64,000 nucleotides of DNA from Octopus bimaculoides. Lineage: Eukaryota. The stretch covers positions 49,816,886 to 49,880,885 of the forward strand of contig NC_068985.1 in assembly GCF_001194135.2 (NCBI RefSeq), read 5' to 3'. The notes beneath the pieces are model-generated. The model did no database searches and was not told the DNA's origin. It saw nothing but the letters and a program-made list of their open reading frames with translations. This document shows positions 48,401 through 60,869 of the stretch, in pieces. The position numbers and the translations under genes are program-made. Every line of letters begins with the position of its first letter. Within the stretch, counting starts at the first letter, position 1.

Positions 48401-51400
48401 ACCAGGCAGAGGCTGAAGTTAAAGACAACTGCACAAGATGCTTTGTAGTGGGATTGAATCTGGGACCTTATGATTGCAAAGTGAACTTCTTAACCAGTAT
48501 TTAAGCTGCTATCAAATGAAGCACAGTTTCTGTTGGTCTCTTATTCAAAACAGATGTCTAAAACCCTCAGTGGTGATACTAGTGAAGTGTTCTAAAATAC
48601 TTGAAAAAAAACAAAAAGATACATGAAACTTTGTGTTAGTTATATCCCATTATTTGTATCTCACCTGCTTAACCCTATTTATATCAATTCCTCTTTAGTT
48701 TATTGATACCACCCCTCCCTCTTTTTAAATTTATAATTTACTATTAGAAACTTTTTATTTTCCAAATATCGTCTTAATGCCAATGTAAAGATGATGATTG
48801 GAATATAATGAAATTTTCAGTTAACTGTAGTACTGTTTTTATAAATATTTGTTTCTTGTCTTTTTTTTTTTTTTTTTTTTACCCAGTTACCCAGATTATA
48901 TTTCATTGAATATGGTGGAGTCATTGTTTATTATCATCATCATTTGTGTCTAGGTTATATTTAACTTGGCAAAGATTTTCTCTCAGCAGTTTGTGTTCAG
49001 CATATATTTAACTTCGGAGACCTCTTTTCAAACAATTACAACCTTGCTTATACTTAACTTTACAGAGAACATCTCCAAGTAACTGATAGCTAACTTTGAG
49101 CTAAAATAAAGCCACAGCTTCTTTGTTGTTGAGTGAATGGATTAGAATAGCCATTTGGTTGTAAAATGTTTGTAAAAGAGATTTTAAAATAATTATTGAG
49201 CAGCTCAATTACATGTATTAATCTGAAGATGTAAGAACCGTACACATTTGCAATTCCAGAGCTGCATAAACTGGATGTAAGTTGTGTAATGGTGTTTATT
49301 TTATTCATGACTATTGCAACTTTATTAAGGCTGTAAATTGGTTTAGTTATTAGAGTGCTGGGTTCTTGAAGATGAAATTCTGCTGAGGTTGACTTTGCCT
49401 TTCATCCCTTCATGGTCGATAAACCATCATTCGACCACTGGTGTCAATTCTTTCTCTTTCATGGATGAAAGCCTTCATATAGCAGGTCCCACAATCCTTT
49501 CTGTGATTCAGAAAGATAAATTTCCAGGACAAATGCACCATACTAGTTTCCGATACTGCCTCCCCCCACTCCCCGATTTTTATTTATTTTTTTTTATTTA
49601 GATTTTATTGAAAATATTTTGAACCTTCATCAGGCTACAAAACCTGCCCAAGTCAGGCCAGAATTTTCAAACAAATTTTTTAAAAACCCTATTTCACCAT
49701 ATTTTTGACTTTCTTAGAGTTATTATATATATATCCTGGCTTTACTTTTAATCAGCCTAGTCTTGAGGTGGGGGTGTGCCCATGGTCTTCACAAACCCCC
49801 TGAAATGAAGCTGATTTTGTTGTGAGCTGAAGACTGCAGGCAAGATGTGCCAAGAGAGAAAACCAGCATTCTGGAAAGAAAAGTTTTATCATGGTGATTA
49901 GGGTTGAGTCTGGGGGTAGTTGAACACAATATGGGTGACGAGAGTTGGTACAAGACTAATCAGTCAGCTCTTAAGAGCAGAGGCTATTGTGGTAGTAGTT
50001 GAAAATACAGGGTGAGGAGGCGGCAATTAGGGTGTATTTGTGAGTGACAGTTTAATACTGGGAATATTTTCTCTAAGTTCTGATAATTATTCTATGGTAA
50101 GGTAAACTGTGTAATAAAAAATTCTCAGGGAACATATCTGTAGTGGAAATGAACTTGTAATTTATCAACTCTTCAATTTGTCCCTCTATTACAGTATTAA
50201 GGGTTTCTTGGATTAGCACAAAAGCCATAGATATGGAAGGAGAAGGGAAGGGCTACAGTTGACTGTCAACCTTGATACATGCAAGTATATGAACAGTGGA
50301 AAAATGAAAAGCAAAGAATTTGATTTCAGTGAAAAATAATTGAAGACAACACTTTGTAGTATTTTATTAGTTTTAGTTATTTGACTGTAGTTGTACTAGG
50401 GTACTGCCTTCAAGTGTTTTTGTAATTTATGTTTTCTATATTCTAGGCTAGCAAAGCAAGTGTAAACTTGTTCAAAAATCTCAACCATATTGAAGCATAG
50501 GCATAGCTGAGTGGTTAAGAAATTTGCTTTGTAACCATGTCATTTTAGCTTCAGTTCCTCTGCATGGCATCTTGAATTAGTGTCTTATGTAACCCTGGGT
50601 CAATGAATGCTTGTGAGTGAATTTGGTTGACAAAATGTGCACCCATTGCATACACACACATACATGTATAAGTATGTGTATATTTTGATCTTGTTTAAAT
50701 CCTCATAACTTAACAGTTCAGCAAACAGAGAAAAACAACAGTAAGTTCTAGACTGAAAATGAGTTCTGAGGTTGATTTAATCAAGTAATTAAACACTTCA
50801 AGATGATTGCACTCCAATGACTGAAACAGAAGTAAAACAGTAAGAGAATGTCAGCAGGTGATTTGAGGTATCACATTCTAGCTGCATATTTTGTGCATGC
50901 TACTTAGAGTTATGCTTAATCTGTTTTGGTTTTGCTTCCCTACTTCCTGAGCATGCATTTTTTTTTTTTTTGAAGCTGTCTGTTATACAGCCCACTGTAC
51001 ACTGATTTAGGTTTCACATTTAGGAAGAGGGAGAGAAAGAGAGTTGAGGTGGGCTGTGCACAAAGCTACCCCACTTGAAACAAGTTCCTTATACAGGTTG
51101 TTCAGTAGCAGTACACTTTTATCTTTTTATTGCTGAACATGCATATGACACATTCTTGATTAGGGAGGGTCCATTATCTATCAACATGATGGGTGAGTGA
51201 GCATGGCTATGTGGTTAAGAAGTTTACTTTTCAACCTTTGGGCGAAGTCTCCAGTGTGAGGGTACCTTCCCTTTCTCCCACCAGTCTTGGTGGCCCTGTA
51301 AAAAAACCTTTCCAGTCATGTGTTTTAGGTCCAGTCTCACTGCACAAGTGACCAAAGCCTTAGGGGATTTAGAAGATGGAACTGAAAGAATACCACTGTA

Positions 51401-52860
51401 TGGAACTATATATGTATGTGTGTGTGTAAGTTTATTTACAACTACAACCCTGCATGCAAACGTTGCAAAGGGTGGTGGTGGTGGTGGTGGTGGTGTCAGT
51501 TCTGTCGGTATTATCTGCTCATTTTATACCTTCAAAGCTGAGTGGAATTAAGAGAGTAATATCACATTTATTAGTGAGTCCTGATCATTTCGATAACCAG
51601 TGAAATTGTTATATCATTCAACATGCTGGATCATATATACAAAAATGATATAACGATTACATAAGTTCTTGCAATACTAAAAAAAAATATCGACCATCAT
51701 CTCATCACAACTATTAAGATGATGATGATGACAGGCAGAAATAACCATTTAAACACAATGTGTAGGAGTGGCTTTTTAAACATCATCACAAAATAATGTT
51801 AGTTTGACATTCAATCAGAAAAGCACAAAAATAAAAGAATCAAGAAGACAGAATGTTTTGTTAAATCATTTTATCAAAACAATTAATAAATGCAATACCA
51901 CTATCTTCATTACTTTGATTGTTTTATTTTATACTCTGATTGATCAACTGTTCTTATAATCAGTACATTCACTGGATTCTAAAATTGTATAGAATACTTC
52001 AGATTTACTGGATTTTTTTCCCCACCTTTCTATACATCCTGTTAGCCAAGATTTCACCTTCAGCACTGACAGGTATTTGCCTGGATTTCCTGCCTGACCA
52101 CTATTTTATGATGTGTGTGTGTGTATATATTCTATTTGTTCCAGTCATTTGAAGCATGGTACTTGTTCTTTTGGTGTCTTTTGCTGAGCTGCTAAATTAC
52201 AAGGATGTAAACATGCCAACACTAGTTGTCAAGCAGTGGTAGGGGACAAACACATAGACACATACGCATATGCGATAGGTTTCTTTCAATTTCCATCTAC
52301 CATATCTGCTCACAAGGCTTTGATCAGCCCATGGCTTTAGAAGATATTTGTCCAAGATGTCATGCAGAAGAACTGAACCTGGAACCGTATAGTTGGGAAG
52401 CAAACTTCTTATCACACTGCCATAATATATACAATGGACATGATGAAATTTCACATAATTTCAGTTTATCAAATTCTGAATAACCACATAACTGCAAAGT
52501 AAACTTCTCAACCACACACCCTTTAATAATACATGAAAATTATGGAATAAAAAATATGCTCCAGAAGCTCTAATATATTTTAGATTATACACTATTATGG
52601 TTTTGTGTATCAGAGAAAAATGTATTAATGTATTTGCTACTTATGTTATAATACCCAAACATTTAAGTGTAATAAGAGAAACTAACAACTGTGAATAGCA
52701 TTGAATACAGTTTGATTTGATTACATAGAGTGCACCAATAATTCTATTTAGAATTTGGTAATTTGAGAAAACTCCAGATTAAATATTGCGAATATTGTTG
52801 TATATTAAATTTGTTATGTTTCATAACACTTAGAAAAATACTAACTGGCTTAGTCTAGAG

Positions 52861-53682
52861 TAGTGGTTCCCAACCTGAGTCCACACAGCCCTCGGGGGTC
52901 CAAATACGAATTTGTTGTTAAAATTTATCTGCAAAAAATTTATTATACAATTCACAAAATATTTTAACAAAGTGCAGGAGTGGCTGTGTCATAAGAAACT
53001 TGTTTCCTAACCACACGGTTCCAGGTTCAGTACCACTGCATGACACCTTGGGCAAGTGTCTTCTACTATAGCTCTGGGCCAACCAAAGCCTTGTGAGTGG
53101 ATTTGGTAGACAGAAACTGAAAGAAGTCCATCATATATATATATGTATGTATTTGTGTGTCTATGTTTGTCCCCCACCATCACTTGACAACTGATGTTGG
53201 TGTGTTTACATCCCCATAACTTAGTGATTCAGCAAAAGAGACCAATAGAATAAGTACTAGGCTTACAAAGAATAAGTCCTGGGGTTGATTTGTTTGACTA
53301 AAGTTGGTGCTTCAGTATGGCCATAGTCAAATGACTGAAACAAGTAAAAGAGTTTTTTTTTTTCAATTTCCAATATTTAATTATAAAACTATATATTTTT
53401 TTTCTCACCCTTTAGCATTTAAACCTGCGATATCCGTCCCAAATATTCAACCTGTTTTACATTCAAACCAGCCAGATCCAGCCTCTCACACCTACCCTAC
53501 AATGTCATTCTAAAAATAACAATCATATCAACTTTTGAAGCTACAAGATAATCCAAAACTGAATAAATAAGCATTGTGTTTGACAATAATCTGAATGCTA
53601 AAAGGTATCGAATAGCTATGAGGGTCCATCTGACTAAAATAGGAATCAAAGTCCATAGGTAAAAAATGGTTGAGAAACACTG
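52861..53682 (+). mobile_element. hAT (Charlie-type) MITE with nested SINE and nested MITE
   Basis: TIRs TAGTGGTTCCCAACC and GGTTGAGAAACACTG; 8-bp TSD-like GTCTAGAG / GTCCTGAG; another right end at ~28283-28318. Confidence 0.7.
53408..53605. mobile_element. MITE (CCCTTTAGCATT...AATGCTAAAAGG), same family as 3948-4165
   Basis: Short TIRs; the internal sequence CTACAATGTCATTCT.AAAATAA is shared with the TTAA-flanked copy at 3948-4165. Confidence 0.6.
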
Positions 53683-53761
53683 GTCCTGAGTATTTAATTG
53701 TTAACTGAAGGGACTATGGTTTGAATGTTTCTTATTAGATACAGAATTTGTCCTTCATTAA

Positions 53762-54034
53762 CCCATTACCTATCAGTGATCTCGTATGAGATCACTTAAA
53801 AATTACAAATTTCGTAATTATCAATATTTACACATATCTAACCTTTTTGCTATATCTACTAGGTATATTTCTCTGATATTCAAATGAGGTTTGCTAATTT
53901 TTCACCCAATATCTCACTAATTTCTATTTAAAATGTTATTTTGATCATTCCAGCGTGTTTCTAAGGCTGTTTTATGCTAGAAATCAAAGTTTCATAAAAA
54001 AATTCCAGTTAATAGAATTATGGGAGGTTATGGG
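53762..54034. mobile_element. piggyBac-like MITE
   Basis: TTAA|CCCATTACC ... GGTTATGGG|TTAA. Confidence 0.55.
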
Positions 54035-57000
54035 TTAAGATACCTAAGTCTCAAATAGTGTAATCAAATTAATATAGGCTCAGGCATGTCTATGTGGTTA
54101 GAAGTTTGCTTCCTAACTCTATGATTCAGGATTCAGTCGTACTGCATACCACCTTAGGAAAGTATCTTCTACTGTAACCCTGGGCCAACCAAAGCCTTGT
54201 GAGTGGATTTGGTTGATGGAAACCGAAATAAGCCCATCATATATATGTGTGTCTGTGTGCATATGTATGTATTACTGTCTCCTTGCTTTGACATCATGTG
54301 ATAGTTGTAAAGAAATATCACCATCATGTAAGTGGTGTTCTTTATTTCCAATCTTCTGGGGAAAATATGTCTGACCTAGAGGAAATATCTTATTTAGAAA
54401 CAGGTGAGGGTTGGTAACAGGAAGGGCATCTGGTCATAGCAAATCCACCTTAACAAATTCCAATGCAACCTATGTGAGCATGGGAAAATGGACATGATGA
54501 TGATGATGTACTGAATAGGGAATCTATTTATCAGGGTGGGGAACATTCTTGTTACCAGGGTAGAAGTACCAATACATAAAACTCTGTGAAAGCACATCTG
54601 TGCTAAGAAAAATAAATTAATTTTACAAATTCATCATTTTTTTTTTATCTTTAATCTTTTACTTGTTTTAATTACTCGGCAGCGGCTATGTTGGGGCACT
54701 GCTTTGAAGATGGGATGGTCAAAGCTGGAAGACTTGATTTTATTGCTTCAGTAAGAAGGGCAAAACCCATGGCTTTTTACAGGGCCACAAAAAACTGATG
54801 GAAAAGAAGGAAGAAAGTAAGGTATCCTCAAATTGGAGACTTTGCTCAAATGGACCCTGCTTACAACACCCAATGACCAGGTGGGTGCATGAGACTGGGC
54901 AAGAGGGAAGTTTACTTCCCAAATAAGTTGTGGTGTGATTTAAACTCAAACAAACACCACATGGCATTTTGTCCGACGCTCTGACGATTCTGTCGTTTAG
55001 CCGCTCATTCCTCGTTATCGGTAGTCGTTGATCGGATGGGTTCTCCGACTCGAAGGGATGTTCTTGCCTCTCCTTTCTGCCGACAGTTGGACTCGTGTAA
55101 CCCGCTGCACGATCGACTCTACACGGCCGGCGCGTCCCCGATTTTTCCACCAAAAACCCGCCCGCCCTGAAGTGAGCGCCCTCACTGTTGCTGTCGTTCC
55201 ACGCCTCGCGCCGCGGCAGATTCGCTAGCTCGCTTGCCTACTGGCAGCCGCCGTTCAGTTTCTTCCTCGCTCGCGCCTACACGCCGTTGTCGTTGCTGCC
55301 GTGCACCTGCACACCATCGCTCACGCAGCTTGGTCAACCTAGTCGCACATGCCTTCCACGCTCGCTCATGGGTTTCTCATTTTGATGATGATGTACTGAA
55401 TAGGGAATCTATCAGGGTGGGGAACATTCTTGTTACCAGGGTAGAAGTACCAATTCCAGGTGGGGCACCCCATGCTGGATATAGGTCAAAAGGATAGAGT
55501 TTGCATCTTTATAAGTCTTTTGTATTCACCACTGAGTTGAACATGTTTAAAAGATATTCATTTTATTAGGTATGGCAATTTGCCTATTTTTCAATCCTCA
55601 CAAGGCGCTCACTATAATGAGAAGCACTATGTTAATGAACATCTGTGCAAATGGCATATATACAAATACTGTTTTTGTATATTGCTATTATGTAAGAGTT
55701 TGTGTTAAGTATCTCTTTTTACTTTCTATAATTTTCTCGTCGTTTGCCAAAGCAAACACATGAATCATGTCTCTGTGTATTATAATGTACCAGCGCATAA
55801 ATGCACATATTAACACTCGCACCCAACCATCCACTCTCTCTATATAAATAAACATGCGTGTGGATGTGTATGTAGATGCATGGATATATGTATGAATGTG
55901 TATGCGTGTGTGTATGTATATATACGTGTGTATGTGTATTTATGTCCACACACACACACACACACGAATCATATTAATATAGCTTGACTTCGTCGGATAA
56001 ACAGTGAAGTAGCAGAAATAAACTACAAAATATTTAACGTCGTATATCACTCAGCTGTGTTTAGGCTGTCAGCCTAATGGAATATAAAACAATAATCATC
56101 GTCGTCGTCGTCGTCATTATCACTACTACCTTCCATATTATTGTCAGTCCAATTATTTTATTGCTCTCCTATACCTTATCACTCATCTCAACATCTCTTG
56201 ACATTCACTTGTGTAACACGAGTACAAGGTATACCTTCTAAATTACAATAGTTAATATAATGCGAGGAACATCAAACAAGCTAATTTATAACCCAACCGG
56301 CCGAGCACATATATGATGACAGAAATGTAGCTATAATTTGGCATAGTAGTTGTATGCCTCACTTTAGTTCTGATCGAGTTAATGGGTTCTCCGTCGGTTC
56401 CTACGACGAATATTCAGTTATTCCATCAACCGAGTAAACCGTTCATTGAATAAGTAAGTGGCTGAGTATTTTTTAGGTGGTATTAGCGTTATAGAGAATT
56501 ACAGGTACATTCCATCCAATGGGCCTCCATACAATTTCGCTCACAAGGCATAATGGGTTAACCCAGAGTTGTCGTAAAAAGTACTTGCTCAAACTTCTGC
56601 ACTTTAGGATCGCACCTGGGATCTCATGATTACAAAGCTGACTTCTTTAACTATTCGGCTAATCTGCTGATCATATAATACCGTATATAATATAGTCAAA
56701 GACGTTCCAATCTCGAGGATCTCCTTAGTTATTCTCATTGAATGCAACAGAATGAACTTCGTTAAAAGTAGCCAAGAGCCATGTGGAGATGTTAAATTGA
56801 TCGATGAATAAAGTCTGAATAGACTTCATGCAGACATGATGTGTGAATGATGGAAACCCCTACATAGTCGCTCTAACTACTTGAAATAGTAGTTAAATGT
56901 CCCTGTTCCAACCATAACCCAAACCAGGCCCATCGCCAGACTTTGGTGCCTGAGGGTGCTTCAGAATATTCTGGCTGGGCACTAATTTGTATTGCAGAAA

Positions 57001-58324
57001 GATTTTTGTAAACTGTATTTTCTAAATCTGAGGATGCTCCATTGAATAGTGAGGGTATAATGCCTTCTAGTGCACCTCCTTAGCGACAGGCATGTTAGTC
57101 AGATTTCAAGAAATGTAATGCAGGAAGATTTTTGTAAACTGTATTTTATGAGGGTGCACTATTGAATAGTGATGGTGCAGTACAATAACCCGCCTCCTTA
57201 GCGACGGACATGATCCTAACTTTATTCATAACGTGGCCCTGGTTCCCTGTGGATAGAAAGAGACGGGGTAGTTAGAGAAAAAAAATCAATGAGAAAAAAT
57301 GCCTTTGCCAGCTATGCTGGCAGAAGAAAACATACCTTTCACTGACTGGGATTTCATAGAAAAGTGTTTGATGGCTGTTGTAAAAAAGGAAGTGTTATTT
57401 TCAAATGTCACTCTCTGCATGAAAAGTTTACTCGACAGACAGAAGAAATGTCAGTAGATTTCAAAATTCCCTTAAAAATCTACAACAAAAATTCCCGGTT
57501 TTTCTCAGGCGCATTGAAAGTATAGATACTGGCAATGATTGTACGAAGAGTAAATGCAACTTGTGAAATTGCCGAGGAGTTTGTTCAGCTGGTATTATAT
57601 ACGAGGGTGAGTCAGAAAATAATGCAATTTATATTTTTTACTCACCCTCGTATGTATCAATTGTACTGTAGGGAAGTGGTTATACACCATTAGGTGTACA
57701 CCGCTTCCGTACATTAAATTTCTAGAAGAAACAACGGAACGCAGATTCTGAACAACATAACAATATTTATTTTACAGTGGAATTCAGTTCACGCTTGGAG
57801 GGAATTCGGTAGCTCGTCGCCCTCGGTTACTGAGACGCCTTCTGAATGATTTCCGTGGTTATTTGTGAAGCTCTGGTGCTGACATGNNNNNNNNNNNNNN
57901 NNNNNNNNNNNNNNNNNNNNNNNNNNNNNNNNNNNNNNNNNNNNNNNNNNNNNNNNNNNNNNNNNNNNNNNNNNNNNNNNNNNNNNNNNNNNNNNNNNNN
58001 NNNNNNNNNNNNNNNNNNNNNNNNNNNNNNNNNNNNNNNNNNNNNNNNNNNNNNNNNNNNNNNNNNNNNNNNNNNNNNNNNNNNNNNNNNNNNNNNNNNN
58101 NNNNNNNNNNNNNNNNNNNNNNNNNNNNNNNNNNNNNNNNNNNNNNNNNNNNNNNNNNNNNNNNNNNNNNNNNNNNNNNNNNNNNNNNNNNNNNNNNNNN
58201 NNNNNNNNNNNNNNNNNNNNNNNNNNNNNNNNNNNNNNNNNNNNNNNNNNNNNNNNNNNNNNNNNNNNNNNNNNNNNNNNNNNNNNNNNNNNNNNNNNNN
58301 NNNNNNNNNNNNNNNNNNNNNNNN

Positions 58325-58346
58325 GGTTAGAGTTAGGGTTAGGGTT
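58325..58346 (+). repeat. Short (TTAGGG)n-like tract abutting an N gap
   Basis: GGTTAGAGTTAGGGTTAGGGTT. Confidence 0.7.
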
Positions 58347-58699
58347 AAAGCAAATTTAAAATGAAAAAAGCAAATAAAACGAAGAATCGTTTGTTTATGT
58401 AGTCGGCACTTAATGTATATCGGCTGAATGGACGTCAGTGATTGGTTGAAATTATCGAAATAAGACAATTTTTTACATGAAATAAATTCGAATACAAAAA
58501 TATTTTTCTGTTCTATAACACAAAATAGATAAGTATACGAAGTTTGAAAGTCTTTCGGTACCAAAAACACTACGTAAAACATTAATGAAAAATGTGGCCC
58601 CCGTTTTAAAAAAGATCCAACTCCGGACATTGAACATATAACAGTCGTCTGCTATAAGATGTCATTACAGTACTAACCACAAGGCACAATCCTTGTTGC

Positions 58700-59055
58700 G
58701 GTGTAGTGACATGTGTGCCTTAATGACTCAGAGAACTGTACCAGCGGAGCACAAATTCCAGGTGGGGCACCCCATGCTGGATATAGGTCAAAGGAAAGAG
58801 GCCAGACTACTTTGGACCACTCCTTCCCAAAGGAAAAAAAAAATTACAGAAGTATTGATGACAATTCGAAACGAACAAGACTTGGGACAAGAAGGCCTTT
58901 CCTCGAGGAAATATGTGAAGCGGGACATTGAGGTAGAGCTGAAAACGCAGGGATCCAACTGGAGAGATGCAGACAAAAAACAGCCCAAAGTCAAGAACAG
59001 AGGAGAAAAATAGTCGATAATCTATGCTTAAGTAAAGGGCTAAGTAAGTAAGTAA
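58700..59055 (+). mobile_element. RTE-like LINE 3' end with (TAAG)n tail
   Basis: Degenerate WIG..R.GRP..KRDIEVELKTQGSNWRDA...IVDNLC followed by TAAGTAAGTAAG. Confidence 0.6.
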
Positions 59056-59800
59056 CCACGGGAGCAGACGGTCTCGAAGCATTGATAGATCTAGATGGTG
59101 TCTGCAATACACACGAAACTGAGTCTACCAAAGTTAGAATCCATGAAGCGCTAATAATGGTTGGACAAAATAAAGATGTCATGGTTCTGCTTCAAAGATA
59201 CTGGAAGGCCTTGGTGTTAAGCACAACGTTAGTGAAATGGACAGTATAATCCATTTGTGATATTGTGACATGGATGCTGGCGACGAATGATCTGTCGATG
59301 AATTGACCTGGCGATGAATAAACAGCACGAAACCCACCAGATGCATTAGATGTTATGGTATCAAATTTAAAAGACGTAATTGTCGTAATGGTTAAAGTAG
59401 TAACTGTGATCTTCTCTCGGAGACTGAAGCACCGTTAGTTACAGCAGCTTTTGTTGGAATCAGAGATTCCAACGATCGGAGATTGCTTTACTTCTGCAAT
59501 GTTCACTGACTCAATCGAGTTGTTATGCATTGCACAAAGAAATATCTACATCTCTTGAAACCAATAACGTGAATGTCATAGAATTTCAAGATCCCAGATG
59601 TCAATTCTTGCATTTGTTGTGGATTTAACATCTCGTTTAGCTCATTTGTGATAATTTTCTGTTAAAATATACTGCCTTTGTTTCAGTTTATTTTGAAAAT
59701 AATGAAGGAATCTATCTAAATAACTTCATTTCCCTTTGAAGTATATAAATATATTTTGTTTGGATTTGTAATTATATTTTCATGCTTAATAAACTGTAAC

Positions 59801-60180
59801 GGTGGAGGCGCAATGGCCCAGTGGTTAGGGCAGCGGACTCGCAGTCATAGGATCGCGGTTTCGATTCCCAGACCGGGCGTTGTGAGTGTTTATTGAACGA
59901 AAACACATAAAGCTCCACGAGGCTCCGGCAGGGAGTGGTGGCGAACCCTGCTGTACTCTTTCACCACAACTTTCTCTCACTCTTACTTCTTGTTTCTGTT
60001 GTGCCTGTAATTCAAAGGGCCAGCCTTGTCACGCTGAATATCCCCGAGAACTACGTTAAGGGTACACGTGTCTGTGGAGTGCTCAGCCACTTGCACGTTA
60101 ATTTCACGAGCAGGCTGTTCCGTTGATCGGATCAACTGGAACCCTCGACGTCGTAAGCGACGGAGTGCCAACAACAACAA
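59801..60180 (+). mobile_element. tRNA(Arg)-derived SINE, full length, young-looking (CpGs retained)
   Basis: GGCGCAATGGCCCAGTGGTTAGGGCAGCGGACTCGCAG..GGTTTCGATTCCC head (A/B boxes, TCG anticodon-like) and CAACAACAAC tail; resembles the described octopus tRNA-Arg SINEs. Confidence 0.88.
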
Positions 60181-60569
60181 ACTGTAACAACCACAAATTT
60201 AAGCTTCCAGAAAGTGAAACAATGCATTACTAAATGAATACAATTTACTTTACTTAGAAAATTAATGCAACTATTATAAAATATTTGTGTTCTTTGTAGT
60301 CGCAGTCGCAAGATCTTGGGTTCCATTCCTAGACCGGGCGTAGCATTCTTGAGTAAAACACTTCATTTCACGTTGCTGTACGATCGCTTTGATGTCTGGC
60401 GTGTGGCACACCATGCACCTGTACAGACAATGTCGATTTAGTGAAAGGAGGGAGCTAATGTGAGATTGCTCAACAAGAAATTGCAGTTCTATATTTAACA
60501 GATGAAGAATTGTGTGCATTATTTACATTATTTACATTCGACAGATATTTGTCCTCATCTTGTTTGTTG

Positions 60570-60618
60570 TTAACAACGTTTCGGCTGATATACCATCCAG
60601 CCTTCTTCAGGTGTCTTG
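60570..60618 (-). ncRNA. Minimal hammerhead ribozyme motif (Penelope-like)
   Basis: CAAGACAC-CUGAAGA-A-GGCUG-gaugguauau-CAGCC-GAA-ACGU-U-GU. Confidence 0.5.
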
Positions 60619-60869
60619 GGGAAATTTCGAACCTGCGTTCTCATTCCTAAGGTACTCGGTCGTATGTCTCTCTCTTTATCCTCTGGTACATATGTATAAT
60701 TCCAGGCTTCTGAACGGGGTCGTTATTAGATAGTTTCACCACGTGAATCCACGACCATCTAAAATGGTAACCCCGACGTAGAACACGCATTCCTTTCCGT
60801 AGTTCAGGACCATCTAAAATTGGTGACCCGACGTAGAACATGCACCACATCATCTAAAATGGTAGCCCT

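Noticed and set aside
54740-55497. ORFs across the GC-rich island
   Set aside because: They run across SINE fragments and duplicated segments; expected by chance in GC-rich DNA
59801-59875. tRNA-Arg(TCG)-like sequence
   Set aside because: It is the head of a SINE (continues into the SINE body and lacks a proper acceptor stem), not a tRNA gene
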